DNA of 64,000 bases from an uncultured Clostridia bacterium (GCA_934140005.1 CAKPBB010000006.1:2604-66603), one strand, 5' to 3'. Shown: positions 38,715 to 48,552, numbered from the stretch's first letter. Notes: generated by a model from the sequence alone, not told the origin. Translations and numbers: made by a program.

Positions 38715-39842
38715 TTGAAGAAGAAACAATTAATAGGAATAGGAATTTTTATATTATTAGTATTGATTATAATTTGTATTAAATTTTATACTGACAAGGA
38801 TAATTCAGTTAGTTTAAATTTAAAAACAGTTACAGTTGCTACTGGTGGTGGAAAAGAAGATTTTATAGCAGATGAAGATGTAAATAAAATTCTTAGAGAA
38901 AAATATGGTCTAAATGTAGTTTATGATAGCTGGAGTAATGGAAAATTAATATTAAATCCATTGGTAAGAGAAAATGGAGATAAATATGATTTAATGTTTT
39001 GCTCTGACCAAAGATTTTATGATTATTATAAATTAGCTCCGAATAAGGAAAAAAAGGAAGCTGATAGATATACTGTTTTAGATGGAGGGCTTACATTAAA
39101 TACACCAATAGTAATTTATAGCTGGGGTGAAGTAGTTGATGCATTTATTAAAGATGGAATAGTAACAGAAAAAGAAGGCACTTATTATATAACAGATATG
39201 AATAAATTATTGGGTTACATACTAGAAGGTAAAAAATGGTCCGATATAGGATTAGATATGCTTTATGGAACTGTAAATATTGCCTCAACAGATCCAGTTA
39301 CTTCTTCACCAGGTGCAACATATTATGGTCTTTTATTATCTATAATGTGTGGTGGTAATGTAACAGATACATCTATGCAAGAAAATCTACCAAAACTAAA
39401 AGAATTTTATGAAAAATCTGGTTATATGAATAATACACCAGCAGATTTATTTGAAAGATATTTAAAAACAGGATTAGGTGGAGAGCCTATGATAGTTGAC
39501 TATGAAAAGAGCATTGTAGAGTTTGCAAACGAAAATCCTGATGGATTTGCACAAGTAAAAGATGATATAAGAATTTTATATCCAGAACCTACAATTTGGA
39601 ATTCACATTGTATTGCAACTTTTACAGAAAATGGAAACGAATATTATAAAGCAATTCAAGATAAAGATATAAGTCAAATAGCTTGGGAAAAATATGGATT
39701 TAGAACTGGTGTAACAGGCGGAAACTATAATGTGGAAAGCTTAGGAATAAAAGGAATACCAAGTACAATTAAGAGTACAGTTAATAGTTTAAAAATGAAT
39801 ATGTATGAAAATTTAATTAGTTTTTTAAAAGGTAATAATTAG
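38715..39842 (+). CDS. Membrane-anchored solute-binding-protein-like hypothetical protein
   Basis: N-terminal TM helix with a PBP-like alpha/beta pattern. The N-domain resembles that of 36412-38043. Confidence 0.45.
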   Translation: MKKKQLIGIGIFILLVLIIICIKFYTDKDNSVSLNLKTVTVATGGGKEDFIADEDVNKILREKYGLNVVYDSWSNGKLILNPLVRENGDKYDLMFCSDQRFYDYYKLAPNKEKKEADRYTVLDGGLTLNTPIVIYSWGEVVDAFIKDGIVTEKEGTYYITDMNKLLGYILEGKKWSDIGLDMLYGTVNIASTDPVTSSPGATYYGLLLSIMCGGNVTDTSMQENLPKLKEFYEKSGYMNNTPADLFERYLKTGLGGEPMIVDYEKSIVEFANENPDGFAQVKDDIRILYPEPTIWNSHCIATFTENGNEYYKAIQDKDISQIAWEKYGFRTGVTGGNYNVESLGIKGIPSTIKSTVNSLKMNMYENLISFLKGNN

Positions 39843-39884
39843 TTTATTATAAATTATTATATAAAATAAAACAGAAAGGAGTGT

Positions 39885-41075
39885 ATGATTTTTATATCAT
39901 ACAATAAGAAAATGAGCGATAAATTAGAATTAAGTGTAAAACCAGAAGCACTAAATAAAGAGGTAGAAGTAGAATTATTAGCAAAGGATAAAGTTGAAGA
40001 AGCAACAGTTGAAAAATCATTAAATTATGATGCTTTAACACCAGCAGAACAAAAAGCAATTGATGACTTTGTTTCAAAAGTAGATGTTGCAGATACTACT
40101 CAAATTTTACAATATGGTGCTACTGCTCAAAGTAAGATTTCAAAATTTTCTGATAGTGTTTTAGAAAATGTAAAAACTAAAAATGCTGGAGAAGTTGGAG
40201 ATTTACTTTCAAGCTTAGTTGTTGAAATAAAAGACTTTGATACAACTGTTGGAGGAGAAAAGCCAAAGGGAATTTTTGGAATTTTCCATAGTGCAAAAAA
40301 TGATATAGAAAAATTATTAGCTAAATATCAAAAAGTAGAAGTTAATGTAAGCAAAATTGAAAAAGATTTAGAAGCACATAAACTTCAAATGCTAAAAGAT
40401 ATTACAATTTTTGACACAATGTATGAAAAAAATTTAGAGTATTTTAAAGAGATTTCTTTATATATAATTGCAGGTGAGAAGAAATTAGAAGAATTAAAAA
40501 CAGTTACTTTACCAGCATTAAAGAAAGCAGCAGAAGAAAGCAAAGAACAAATTGATGTTCAAAAAGTAAATGATATGTCAAATATGATAAATCGTTTTGA
40601 AAAGAAATTATATGATTTAAAAACAACTAGAATCATATCAATTCAAATGGCACCACAAATTAGATTAATTCAAAATAATGACAGTGAATTAGTCGAAAAA
40701 ATTCAAAGTTCTTTAATAAATACGATTCCATTATGGAAAAATCAAATTGTAATAGCTTTAGGTATTAATAATGCTAAAAACGCCTTAGGAGCACAAAGAG
40801 CTGTAACAGATATGACTAATGAAATGCTTAAGAAAAATAGTGACTTATTAAAACAAGGAACTATTGAAATTACTGAAGAATCAGAAAGAGCAATTGTTGA
40901 TGTTGAAACTTTAAAACAAACTAATAAAGATATAATTGATACCTTAGATAAAGTATTAGAAATTCATGAAAATGGTAGAATTAAACGTGCTGAAGCAGAA
41001 AAAGAACTAACTACAATAGAAGAAGAATTAAAGAGCAAACTTTTAGAAATTAAGGTAGAATCTGAAAATAAATAG
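39885..41075 (+). CDS. telA: TelA/YaaN-family toxic anion resistance protein
   Basis: LTPAEQKAIDDFVSKVDV...ILQYGATAQSKISKFSD... The start may be the internal ATG at 39912. Confidence 0.85.
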   Translation: MIFISYNKKMSDKLELSVKPEALNKEVEVELLAKDKVEEATVEKSLNYDALTPAEQKAIDDFVSKVDVADTTQILQYGATAQSKISKFSDSVLENVKTKNAGEVGDLLSSLVVEIKDFDTTVGGEKPKGIFGIFHSAKNDIEKLLAKYQKVEVNVSKIEKDLEAHKLQMLKDITIFDTMYEKNLEYFKEISLYIIAGEKKLEELKTVTLPALKKAAEESKEQIDVQKVNDMSNMINRFEKKLYDLKTTRIISIQMAPQIRLIQNNDSELVEKIQSSLINTIPLWKNQIVIALGINNAKNALGAQRAVTDMTNEMLKKNSDLLKQGTIEITEESERAIVDVETLKQTNKDIIDTLDKVLEIHENGRIKRAEAEKELTTIEEELKSKLLEIKVESENK

Positions 41076-41082
41076 ATTACAA

Positions 41083-41116
41083 AAAGGCTTGATTTAAATA
41101 TCAAGTCTTTTGTTTT
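41083..41116. terminator. Bidirectional intrinsic terminator between telA and the ger operon
   Basis: AAAGGCTTGAT-TTAAAT-ATCAAGTCTTT hairpin with T-runs on both strands. Confidence 0.7.
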
Positions 41117-41279
41117 AATAATATTTGATTAATATTATTAGAGGCAAAATAAAAGCAATTACAGATAATAAACAAAATAATTTTCCAGAAGTAGAATTAT
41201 TATTTTGAATTTCATAAATGCCATAATAAAAGCTTTTTAAAAAGCAAAATAATGAAAATAATATTGCAATAAAAAACAT
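41115..41279 (-). CDS. Unannotated 54-aa two-helix hydrophobic ORF at the 3' end of the ger operon (MFFIAILFSLFCFLKSFYYGIYEIQNNNSTSGKLFCLLSVIAFILPLIILIKYY)
   Basis: Hand translation. It lies between the gerC stop and the operon terminator. No good SD. Confidence 0.3.
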   Translation of the reverse strand: MFFIAILFSLFCFLKSFYYGIYEIQNNNSTSGKLFCLLSVIAFILPLIILIKYY

Positions 41280-41325
41280 ATTTATATGAAAGATACTGTA
41301 AAGTAATCTTTTCCCCTTTCTAATA

Positions 41326-42483
41326 TTATTGTTTTGTAATTAAACTACTAGATGCAACTTCGGAGTGAATTCTAACTTTGAAAAATGAGTCTTTAAATAT
41401 ATTTCCCCAATTGATTTTTTTAAAATCATCAAGAGTAGCATATTTAGTTGAAAGCCTTTCACCAAAGGATATTGTGTCACATGAATATTCTTTGGTAATT
41501 GTGTCTAAATATTCATAAACAATTCGTTCTATATATCTGTTTAAATTATTCTCTAGTTGTCTAATATTATCTGCAGACGAGTAATCAGAATTTGCATGTG
41601 CAGTTAAAATATTTGCTGATAAATATATGTCACATTCAATAAATGGACTATTATTTACAAGAGTAACATCTATTTGTGTTTGTTTTCTTCTGGTCAAAGA
41701 TAAATCAATTTTATCATCTTTTTTAAATGGAGATGGAATAGTAACAACAGTTGTAGTTAAGTCATTTGTTAGAAGTAAATGGCTAATAACTCCTTCTATA
41801 TCAAGATGTCCAATCATATTATCTTCTTTAAATACTGCAATGCCAGTGTTCTGGATTATATCATCTGAAACAGTAGTATAGATTGCAAGAGCACTTTCAT
41901 TTGGACTATTCATATCAGAAAAAAATTTACGAAGATTACTTTTAGCAGTAAAACCAGTATATTTTTCAGAATTGATTATATATTCAAAATATCTAGCAGA
42001 AAAATTTTCTCCTGAGTTTGACACTTTATCTAAGACATCATAAGCAGATTTATCACTAATTATAATATTACAGTCTGGACGAACTTCAACATTGTTTTGT
42101 AAAGTGTTTATATAGGAAATTATTCCAGAACGAGCTAATTCTTCTGAAAATATGATTGTAGAACAATGTGAAAGGTCAATTTTTTTACTTAAATAATTAT
42201 TAAGTATATTTATTCCTGAGTCAATTGATAAACAATCAATTGTGTATAATATATGCTTTGTAGATTGATTTGTACTGCCAGATTCAGAAGAACTCTGAGC
42301 AATTTGTACAGTTAGTCTGATATTGTTAGAATTTTTTATTTTGTCAATACCAACAGAAACGGCATAATAGAAATCTTCTACACTTGTAGCATCATAACAA
42401 CCTGTTAAAGAAAATAAAAGCAAAATGCTAAAAAATATATATGAAATTATTAATTTAGTTTTTGATAATTGCATTTTTGGCAA
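41326..42483 (-). CDS. gerAC: Spore germinant receptor C subunit (Ger(x)C lipoprotein)
   Basis: Lipobox LFSLTGC and GerAC-family length. Third gene of the A-B-C operon. Confidence 0.85.
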   Translation of the reverse strand: MPKMQLSKTKLIISYIFFSILLLFSLTGCYDATSVEDFYYAVSVGIDKIKNSNNIRLTVQIAQSSSESGSTNQSTKHILYTIDCLSIDSGINILNNYLSKKIDLSHCSTIIFSEELARSGIISYINTLQNNVEVRPDCNIIISDKSAYDVLDKVSNSGENFSARYFEYIINSEKYTGFTAKSNLRKFFSDMNSPNESALAIYTTVSDDIIQNTGIAVFKEDNMIGHLDIEGVISHLLLTNDLTTTVVTIPSPFKKDDKIDLSLTRRKQTQIDVTLVNNSPFIECDIYLSANILTAHANSDYSSADNIRQLENNLNRYIERIVYEYLDTITKEYSCDTISFGERLSTKYATLDDFKKINWGNIFKDSFFKVRIHSEVASSSLITKQ

Positions 42484-43591
42484 CTCCTTTTCGAACTTTA
42501 AATTTTTCTTTTAACATTGCTAATATTAGTATTATAGGGCTCATTATAAAAACAATGCCGGTTGTCATATATTTTAGTATGCTTGTTTCTAAAAAAGTGA
42601 TAGTTGAAATGTCAAAAGGCAATAATGAAAATCCAAATAGTAACATACAGGTTATATATGTGAACATTTTATTGTCTGAGATATTAACTATTTTAGAAAA
42701 GCATAAATTTGTAAAAAATACTAGTGAACTTAAATAGCAAAGTAGTGATAATATCCAAAAGAGTACAAAAATACCATCTAGTCTTTGTAAAAAGTCACTA
42801 AAGCTTACATTTCTTGAGAGCAAGTATAAAGGGTTTATAGTAATACCAGTGCTTGCTAAAGGTAGCAAAGTTAGTATAGAACATACTGTAATAAATAGTA
42901 GTCCAAATGATATAAAAAATGAAATGTAGCTGATTTTTTTAAAATCTGTAGGTTCTTTAAGTAATGGTTGTAAAAAATAGTAAAAACTAATAAAACTAAA
43001 GCTAAAAATATTAAGTAATCCATTTATAAATGTTGTTTGATAATTATATCCTAAAACGGGTGTTATTTTATCAATTGAAAAATTATCAATAGTCCCAATA
43101 AAAGCAGTAAATATGCTTAATAAAACGAATGGAAATAGGAAACTAATCATTCGTATTATTGATTTAAAGCCTATTAAATTTGAAACTAGAATTCCAATTA
43201 TGAAAAATAGCAATATAAAAGGCTTTGGAGAATTTTGGTAGTAAATCATTTTTAACAGATTGGCAAAATCAGTCAGAAATGTAAATAAAATAAAAGAAAA
43301 AAGAGCTATGAAAATGACTCCAACAATTATTTTTAAAAATTTTCCACCAAGAATATTCGATATATCTAAGATATCTGAATTTGGAAAATTTTTTAAGCAA
43401 ATATTAATAATAAATATTAAAAATAATGTAATTATTCCAATATAGATTAAATTTATAAAAGTTCCTGTTCCTGTTGAAGAAATTAATATTGTTGGTAAAT
43501 TAAGAATAAGCTTATTAAGCATTATCATACATACAAAGAAAATACATTCTTTTCTTTCTAATTCAATTCTCATTTTATATTTTGCCTCCAT
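42455..43591 (-). CDS. gerAB: Spore germinant receptor B subunit (APC-type permease-like)
   Basis: About 10 TM helices. Overlaps both neighbouring genes. Confidence 0.85.
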   Translation of the reverse strand: MEAKYKMRIELERKECIFFVCMIMLNKLILNLPTILISSTGTGTFINLIYIGIITLFLIFIINICLKNFPNSDILDISNILGGKFLKIIVGVIFIALFSFILFTFLTDFANLLKMIYYQNSPKPFILLFFIIGILVSNLIGFKSIIRMISFLFPFVLLSIFTAFIGTIDNFSIDKITPVLGYNYQTTFINGLLNIFSFSFISFYYFLQPLLKEPTDFKKISYISFFISFGLLFITVCSILTLLPLASTGITINPLYLLSRNVSFSDFLQRLDGIFVLFWILSLLCYLSSLVFFTNLCFSKIVNISDNKMFTYITCMLLFGFSLLPFDISTITFLETSILKYMTTGIVFIMSPIILILAMLKEKFKVRKGVAKNAIIKN

Positions 43592-45228
43592 TTCATACTT
43601 ATTTTGTTCTCTTTTTGAGGTCGTTTTGTATTTAAATTTCTATTTCTGCTTTCTCTCTTCCAAATACTTTTTAAAGAATAACTTGAATTGTTATCTAAAT
43701 CAGAAATTGGAATATATGGTGAAAAATATGGTACTCCAAAGGACTTTATACTAGTCCAATAAACAAAATGAATATAGAATCCAACAGCAATTCCAAGAAA
43801 ACCTGCTAAATATCCAAGTATTATATAAAGAAATCGTAGAAGTCTAACGGAAAAACCTAATAAAAAGTCTGGAATTGCAAACCCACAAATTCCTGTAAAA
43901 GCAACAATAATGATTAAAATTGGACTTACAATATTTGCATTTACGGCTGATTCACCTAAAACTAAAGCCCCTATAATACCAATGGTATTACTAAAAGATG
44001 AAGATACACGCAAACCTGCTTCTCTAAGGAGTTCAAATGAAATTTCCATAATTAATATTTCAAAAATTACAGGAAAAGGGATTGATTCACGAGAACTTGC
44101 AATAGCAAATAAAAGTTCCGAAGGTATTAATTCTTGATGAAAGTTTGTTATAGCAACATAAAAGCCTGGCAGAAATATTGCAAATATAAAAGCAAGCCCC
44201 CTTAAAAACCTTAAAAAATTACTTAGATGATAATTTATATTAGTATCTTCTGGTGATTCGAGAAAATCAATTAAAACACCAGGAGCGATAAGTGCATATG
44301 GTGAACCATTTAATAAAATTACAACTTTTCCGTTTAAAAGGGAATTGCAAGCTTTATCTGGACGTTCTGTTGAAATAAGTTGTGGCATATGAAGATTAGG
44401 ATTATCTTTTATTAGTTGTTGTAGTTCACCGGTTGAAGTTATATAGTCAATATCAAGATTTTGAATTCTATATTTTACTTCTGCAACTAAATCGTCATTA
44501 GTGATATTTTTCATGTAACACACAACTACTTGTGTATTAGTGACTTTTCCAATTTCAAAACTTTCCATAACAAGATTTTCATTATTAATAATTTTTCTAA
44601 TAAGTCCAGTATTATTTCTGATATTTTCTACAAAGGCTTCTTGTGGACCTTGAATTACTGATTCATTTTTAGTAGCTTCAATATTTCTACCTGGAAGTTT
44701 TTTCGTTTCTATACAAAATGCTATATTTAATGTGTCAACTAATAATATACAAAAGCCAGAATTTAGTTTTTGAGTTAATTCCTTAAAATTCTTTACTTTT
44801 GAAACACTATTTTGTGGAATTAAACTATTATATAAAAAATCTTCTAAATCAAACTTTCTAACTTTTTTAACAGAAATATCTTTACTAATTGCAACTGTTT
44901 TGGTTGGTTGCATTGTAATAGAATTTCTAAGTAGTAAAGGAGATAAAATTGACTCATTAATAGAATTATTATCGACAATACCATCTATATATATTATTGC
45001 AGAGGAAAACTCCTTTGATTTTATTGATAAAGTGAATTTTCTAACATTTATATCACTATTTAAAATTAAATTGTATTTTGATTTTAGATATTCTAGATTA
45101 ACTGCAAGAGAAGGATATATTTCAACTATTTCAGTATCTGCATCTACAATATTATTTGATGTGTTAGGTATAACAAAATTATATTCTTTTGGTGGTTTAT
45201 ACTCAAAGAGTTTACTGATTATACTCAT
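43570..45228 (-). CDS. gerAA: Spore germinant receptor A subunit (GerA family)
   Basis: 552 aa. Soluble N-domain plus a C-terminal TM block (PFPVIFEILIMEISFELLREAGLR). Confidence 0.9.
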   Translation of the reverse strand: MSIISKLFEYKPPKEYNFVIPNTSNNIVDADTEIVEIYPSLAVNLEYLKSKYNLILNSDINVRKFTLSIKSKEFSSAIIYIDGIVDNNSINESILSPLLLRNSITMQPTKTVAISKDISVKKVRKFDLEDFLYNSLIPQNSVSKVKNFKELTQKLNSGFCILLVDTLNIAFCIETKKLPGRNIEATKNESVIQGPQEAFVENIRNNTGLIRKIINNENLVMESFEIGKVTNTQVVVCYMKNITNDDLVAEVKYRIQNLDIDYITSTGELQQLIKDNPNLHMPQLISTERPDKACNSLLNGKVVILLNGSPYALIAPGVLIDFLESPEDTNINYHLSNFLRFLRGLAFIFAIFLPGFYVAITNFHQELIPSELLFAIASSRESIPFPVIFEILIMEISFELLREAGLRVSSSFSNTIGIIGALVLGESAVNANIVSPILIIIVAFTGICGFAIPDFLLGFSVRLLRFLYIILGYLAGFLGIAVGFYIHFVYWTSIKSFGVPYFSPYIPISDLDNNSSYSLKSIWKRESRNRNLNTKRPQKENKISMKWRQNIK

Positions 45229-45402
45229 AAATTTTTATAATTCTCCTATAAAAGTATTTATTGTAGTATTTGTAAATTTTAAATAAATATTCTTTTAAAT
45301 GGAAAATATCGTTTGTAATTAAAATGTAACAGAAATTGTATTGATAAAAACATTTTTTTTAGATAATATTAATATATAATATTATAATTTGTAGAGGTAA
45401 AT

Positions 45403-46371
45403 ATGAAAAAAGATAAATTAAAAAATCAAAAAGGAGCAATTTCACTATTTGTTATGCTATCAATGATGTTCTTTTTGATGTTTATGTTAGGAGCATACAC
45501 AATAGTAAGCAGAAGAAATCAATCTCAAGTTCAAGCAACAACTCAACTTAGAAGTTTATATTCTTCAAATGCTTCTAATTTAAAAGAAAAATATGCAGCT
45601 AAGTTCGCAAGTAATGATGAAGTAATTCCAATTTCAAACTATACAGAACTTTGTCTTTATGGGACGGGAAAAAGTTTCGAAAGAGATGGAAAAATATATA
45701 CTTGTGATACGGGTAAAAAATATCAATTAACAAGTGATATTGTTATTGACATAGATAAAGAAGTAGTAGATGGAAAATTTAAATTTTATGATTATTTGAT
45801 GTATGGTACATCTCCTTCAATTGATAAATCATGTTATGACATTTTATATTATAAAGAAAATGCTTTTTGGAAGTGTATGGTTTATCAAAATACATCTGGA
45901 ACAAATGGATTATTTAATTCAAGTAATTGGAAAAATTCTAATTTACAAAATTCATTTAGCAAATTAGAAGAGCTAAATATTAATACTTCAAAATATAAAA
46001 AATATAATAGAGATACAAGTGCTACTGGAGGAGATAATTTTGAGTTTTTATTAATGTATGATATGAGCACGAGTAATAAAGTTTTTAAAGCAAGTGAATA
46101 TAAACTATGGTTTCAGTCTTTTAACCCATTATCAACTAATGAAAATAGTACAAATGCTAGTAATGTAAAAATTATAAAGAAACCAAATAGTGATAACAAA
46201 AATTTTAATGGCATGGCACTAGCTAATTTAGGTGGAAGTACGTATCTTAATGGAGATTTTGCTGGTACTTGGTATAATGCGGTTTGTTTATATAATGTAT
46301 GGTGTGGAGGTATACCAGCAGGTAATGATACAGCAGCTGCCCAATCTTTGTTATTTGTTAGAGTAAATTAA
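45403..46371 (+). CDS. Hypothetical secreted or anchored protein; the N-terminus resembles the PilX_N-type minor-pilin anchor
   Basis: NQKGAISLFVMLSMMFFLMFMLGAYTIVSRRNQ. The rest is unassigned. Confidence 0.35.
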   Translation: MKKDKLKNQKGAISLFVMLSMMFFLMFMLGAYTIVSRRNQSQVQATTQLRSLYSSNASNLKEKYAAKFASNDEVIPISNYTELCLYGTGKSFERDGKIYTCDTGKKYQLTSDIVIDIDKEVVDGKFKFYDYLMYGTSPSIDKSCYDILYYKENAFWKCMVYQNTSGTNGLFNSSNWKNSNLQNSFSKLEELNINTSKYKKYNRDTSATGGDNFEFLLMYDMSTSNKVFKASEYKLWFQSFNPLSTNENSTNASNVKIIKKPNSDNKNFNGMALANLGGSTYLNGDFAGTWYNAVCLYNVWCGGIPAGNDTAAAQSLLFVRVN

Positions 46372-46455
46372 AAATTTAATATTATAAGTCATAAAAAATT
46401 ACCCCTTGAATACATTTAATTAAAAGATGTACAAAGTAAACAGGGGGTATTTTTT

Positions 46456-47934
46456 ATGGAAAATTACGAAATATATCAAGATATCGCTAAAAGAACTCAA
46501 GGAGATATCTATATAGGAGTAGTAGGACCAGTAAGAACTGGAAAATCAACATTTATTAAAAGATTTATGGAATTGTTAGTTCTTCCAAATATTGAAGATA
46601 GCTATAAAAAAGAAAGGGCAATTGATGAATTACCACAGAGTGCAAGTGGTAAAACTATAATGACAACAGAACCAAAGTTTATACCAAATGAAGCTGTTGA
46701 GATAGTATTAGAACAAAATATTAAAATGAAAGCCAGACTAGTTGATTGTGTTGGATATTTAGTAAATCCAGCACTTGGATATTTAGAAGATAATATGCCT
46801 AGAATGGTAAAAACACCGTGGTCAGAAGAAGAAATACCATTTGAAACAGCAGCTGAACTTGGCACAAAAAAGGTTATTACAGAACATTCAACAGTAGGAA
46901 TTGTTGTGACAACAGATGGAAGTATAACAGATATTCCTAGAAATGAATATTTAGAAGCTGAAAATAGAGTAATAGGAGAATTAAAAGCCTATAATAAACC
47001 TTTTATAATACTACTTAATTGTCAAAATCCAAAAGATATGTATAGTATTGAGCTTGCACAGGATTTATCAAAAAAATATGAAACGACTGTTATACCAGTA
47101 AATTGTCTGGAACTAAATTTAGAAGATATTAATTCTATTTTTTCTCAACTATTATATGAATTTTCAATTGAAAGAGTTCAAATAAGCTATCCAAGATGGA
47201 TAAGTGGTTTAAGTACAGATAGTGAACTTAAGCAAACTTTATTTAATGTTGTTAAAGACACTTTTGGAAAGGTAAGCAAAATAAAAGACCTACAAAATAC
47301 TTATCAATCAATGGAAAAATGTGAATATATAAAGAAAGTTAGTTTACAAGAAGCAAATCTTGGAAATGGTATTGTTAGTTTAAATGCTGAACTGGAAGAA
47401 AGCTTATTTTACGAAATGATAACAAATTTGACTGGTATGCAGATTAGGAATGAAGGTGAATTATTTGCTAGTATGACTGAATTTGCCCATATTAAAAAAG
47501 AATATGATAAATTATCTTATGCATTACACGAAGTAAATGAAAGAGGATACGGTATAGTTTCACCAGGAATAGATGATTTAATATTGGAAGAACCTGAAAT
47601 TGTAAAACAAGGACAAAGATTTGGAGTAAAATTGAAAGCGAAAGCACCATCAATTCATATGATGAAAATTTGTACAGAAACTGAAGTTTCTCCAATTGTT
47701 GGAAGTGAAAAACAGTCTGAAGATTTAGTAAAATATTTATTGTCTGAATTTGAAAATGATCCTAAAAAAATATGGGAATCAAATATTTTTGGAAAGAATT
47801 TACATGAATTAGTAAATGAGGGATTGCAAAATAAACTTGCTAAAATGCCAGAAGAGGCACAAAATAAACTAAGAGAAACTTTAGAAAGAATTGTAAATGA
47901 GGGAAGTGGAGGCTTAATCTGTATAATTTTATAA
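46456..47934 (+). CDS. spoIVA: Stage IV sporulation protein A (spore coat morphogenetic ATPase)
   Basis: 492 aa. IYQDIAKRTQGDIYIGVVGPVRTGKSTFIKRFM and conserved C-terminus GGLICIIL. Confidence 0.95.
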   Translation: MENYEIYQDIAKRTQGDIYIGVVGPVRTGKSTFIKRFMELLVLPNIEDSYKKERAIDELPQSASGKTIMTTEPKFIPNEAVEIVLEQNIKMKARLVDCVGYLVNPALGYLEDNMPRMVKTPWSEEEIPFETAAELGTKKVITEHSTVGIVVTTDGSITDIPRNEYLEAENRVIGELKAYNKPFIILLNCQNPKDMYSIELAQDLSKKYETTVIPVNCLELNLEDINSIFSQLLYEFSIERVQISYPRWISGLSTDSELKQTLFNVVKDTFGKVSKIKDLQNTYQSMEKCEYIKKVSLQEANLGNGIVSLNAELEESLFYEMITNLTGMQIRNEGELFASMTEFAHIKKEYDKLSYALHEVNERGYGIVSPGIDDLILEEPEIVKQGQRFGVKLKAKAPSIHMMKICTETEVSPIVGSEKQSEDLVKYLLSEFENDPKKIWESNIFGKNLHELVNEGLQNKLAKMPEEAQNKLRETLERIVNEGSGGLICIIL

Positions 47935-48043
47935 TTAATTGAATTGACTATTATAAAGTTAAAAATATTGTAAAAGTATGTTGTTTTCAAAATGTAATGA
48001 AATCAATGTTGACAAAAAAAGATGCAAAAAAATGTAATTAGTT

Positions 48044-48072
48044 TTGACAACAGATAAAAAATCGTTTATAAT
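48044..48072 (+). promoter_or_regulatory. Perfect consensus sigma-A promoter, TTGACA-17 nt-TATAAT
   Basis: TTGACA at 48044-48049 and TATAAT at 48067-48072. A second TTGACA lies at 48009-48014. Confidence 0.6.
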
Positions 48073-48267
48073 TGTTGATAGAAAGATTGACAAAGATGCT
48101 TCGAAAAATGTTTCTTCTTTGTTAATCAATTTGCTTCTATTATACCATAAAAAACAACATACTAAGAATTGTAATAGAAATGTAATATTTTTTCTAAAAA
48201 CCGCTAGTATTCTGTCTGGATTTTTTATAGAAAAAGTGTTTTAATACATCTTAGGAGGGGAAAGAAT

Positions 48268-48552
48268 ATGAATGGAATAGTTGAAAATTTAGAGGAAAGC
48301 CTAGAAGTTTTAAAGGTTACTAAAAGTCAATTAGATGTACAACTAGAAGGACCTATTTCTTTTAAATCAAGTTCTAAATTAATGGATTATTGTATTAATG
48401 ATTGCTATGAACTAGTTTTAAGATTTGAAGAAGTAAAATTAATAATTAATCTTTCAGAAGTATATTCTTATGAGACTAAAGAGAATATGATTCAACTTTC
48501 AATTGATGGTGGAAACATATTCACAATCATTAAAAAAGAACTAAATAAATAG
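48268..48552 (+). CDS. Hypothetical 94-aa protein
   Basis: ORF preceded by AGGAGGGG. No family recognised. Confidence 0.5.
   Translation: MNGIVENLEESLEVLKVTKSQLDVQLEGPISFKSSSKLMDYCINDCYELVLRFEEVKLIINLSEVYSYETKENMIQLSIDGGNIFTIIKKELNK

Noticed and set aside
41120-41325. Possible mobile-element scar or prophage end between telA and the ger operon
   Set aside because: There are no inverted or direct repeats and no integrase fragments. The region is explained by a bidirectional terminator plus the small hydrophobic ORF.
48044-48244. 66-aa ORF between spoIVA and the 94-aa gene
   Set aside because: Its TTG start coincides with the -35 hexamer of a consensus promoter. There is no SD, and the composition is typical of translated AT-rich non-coding DNA.
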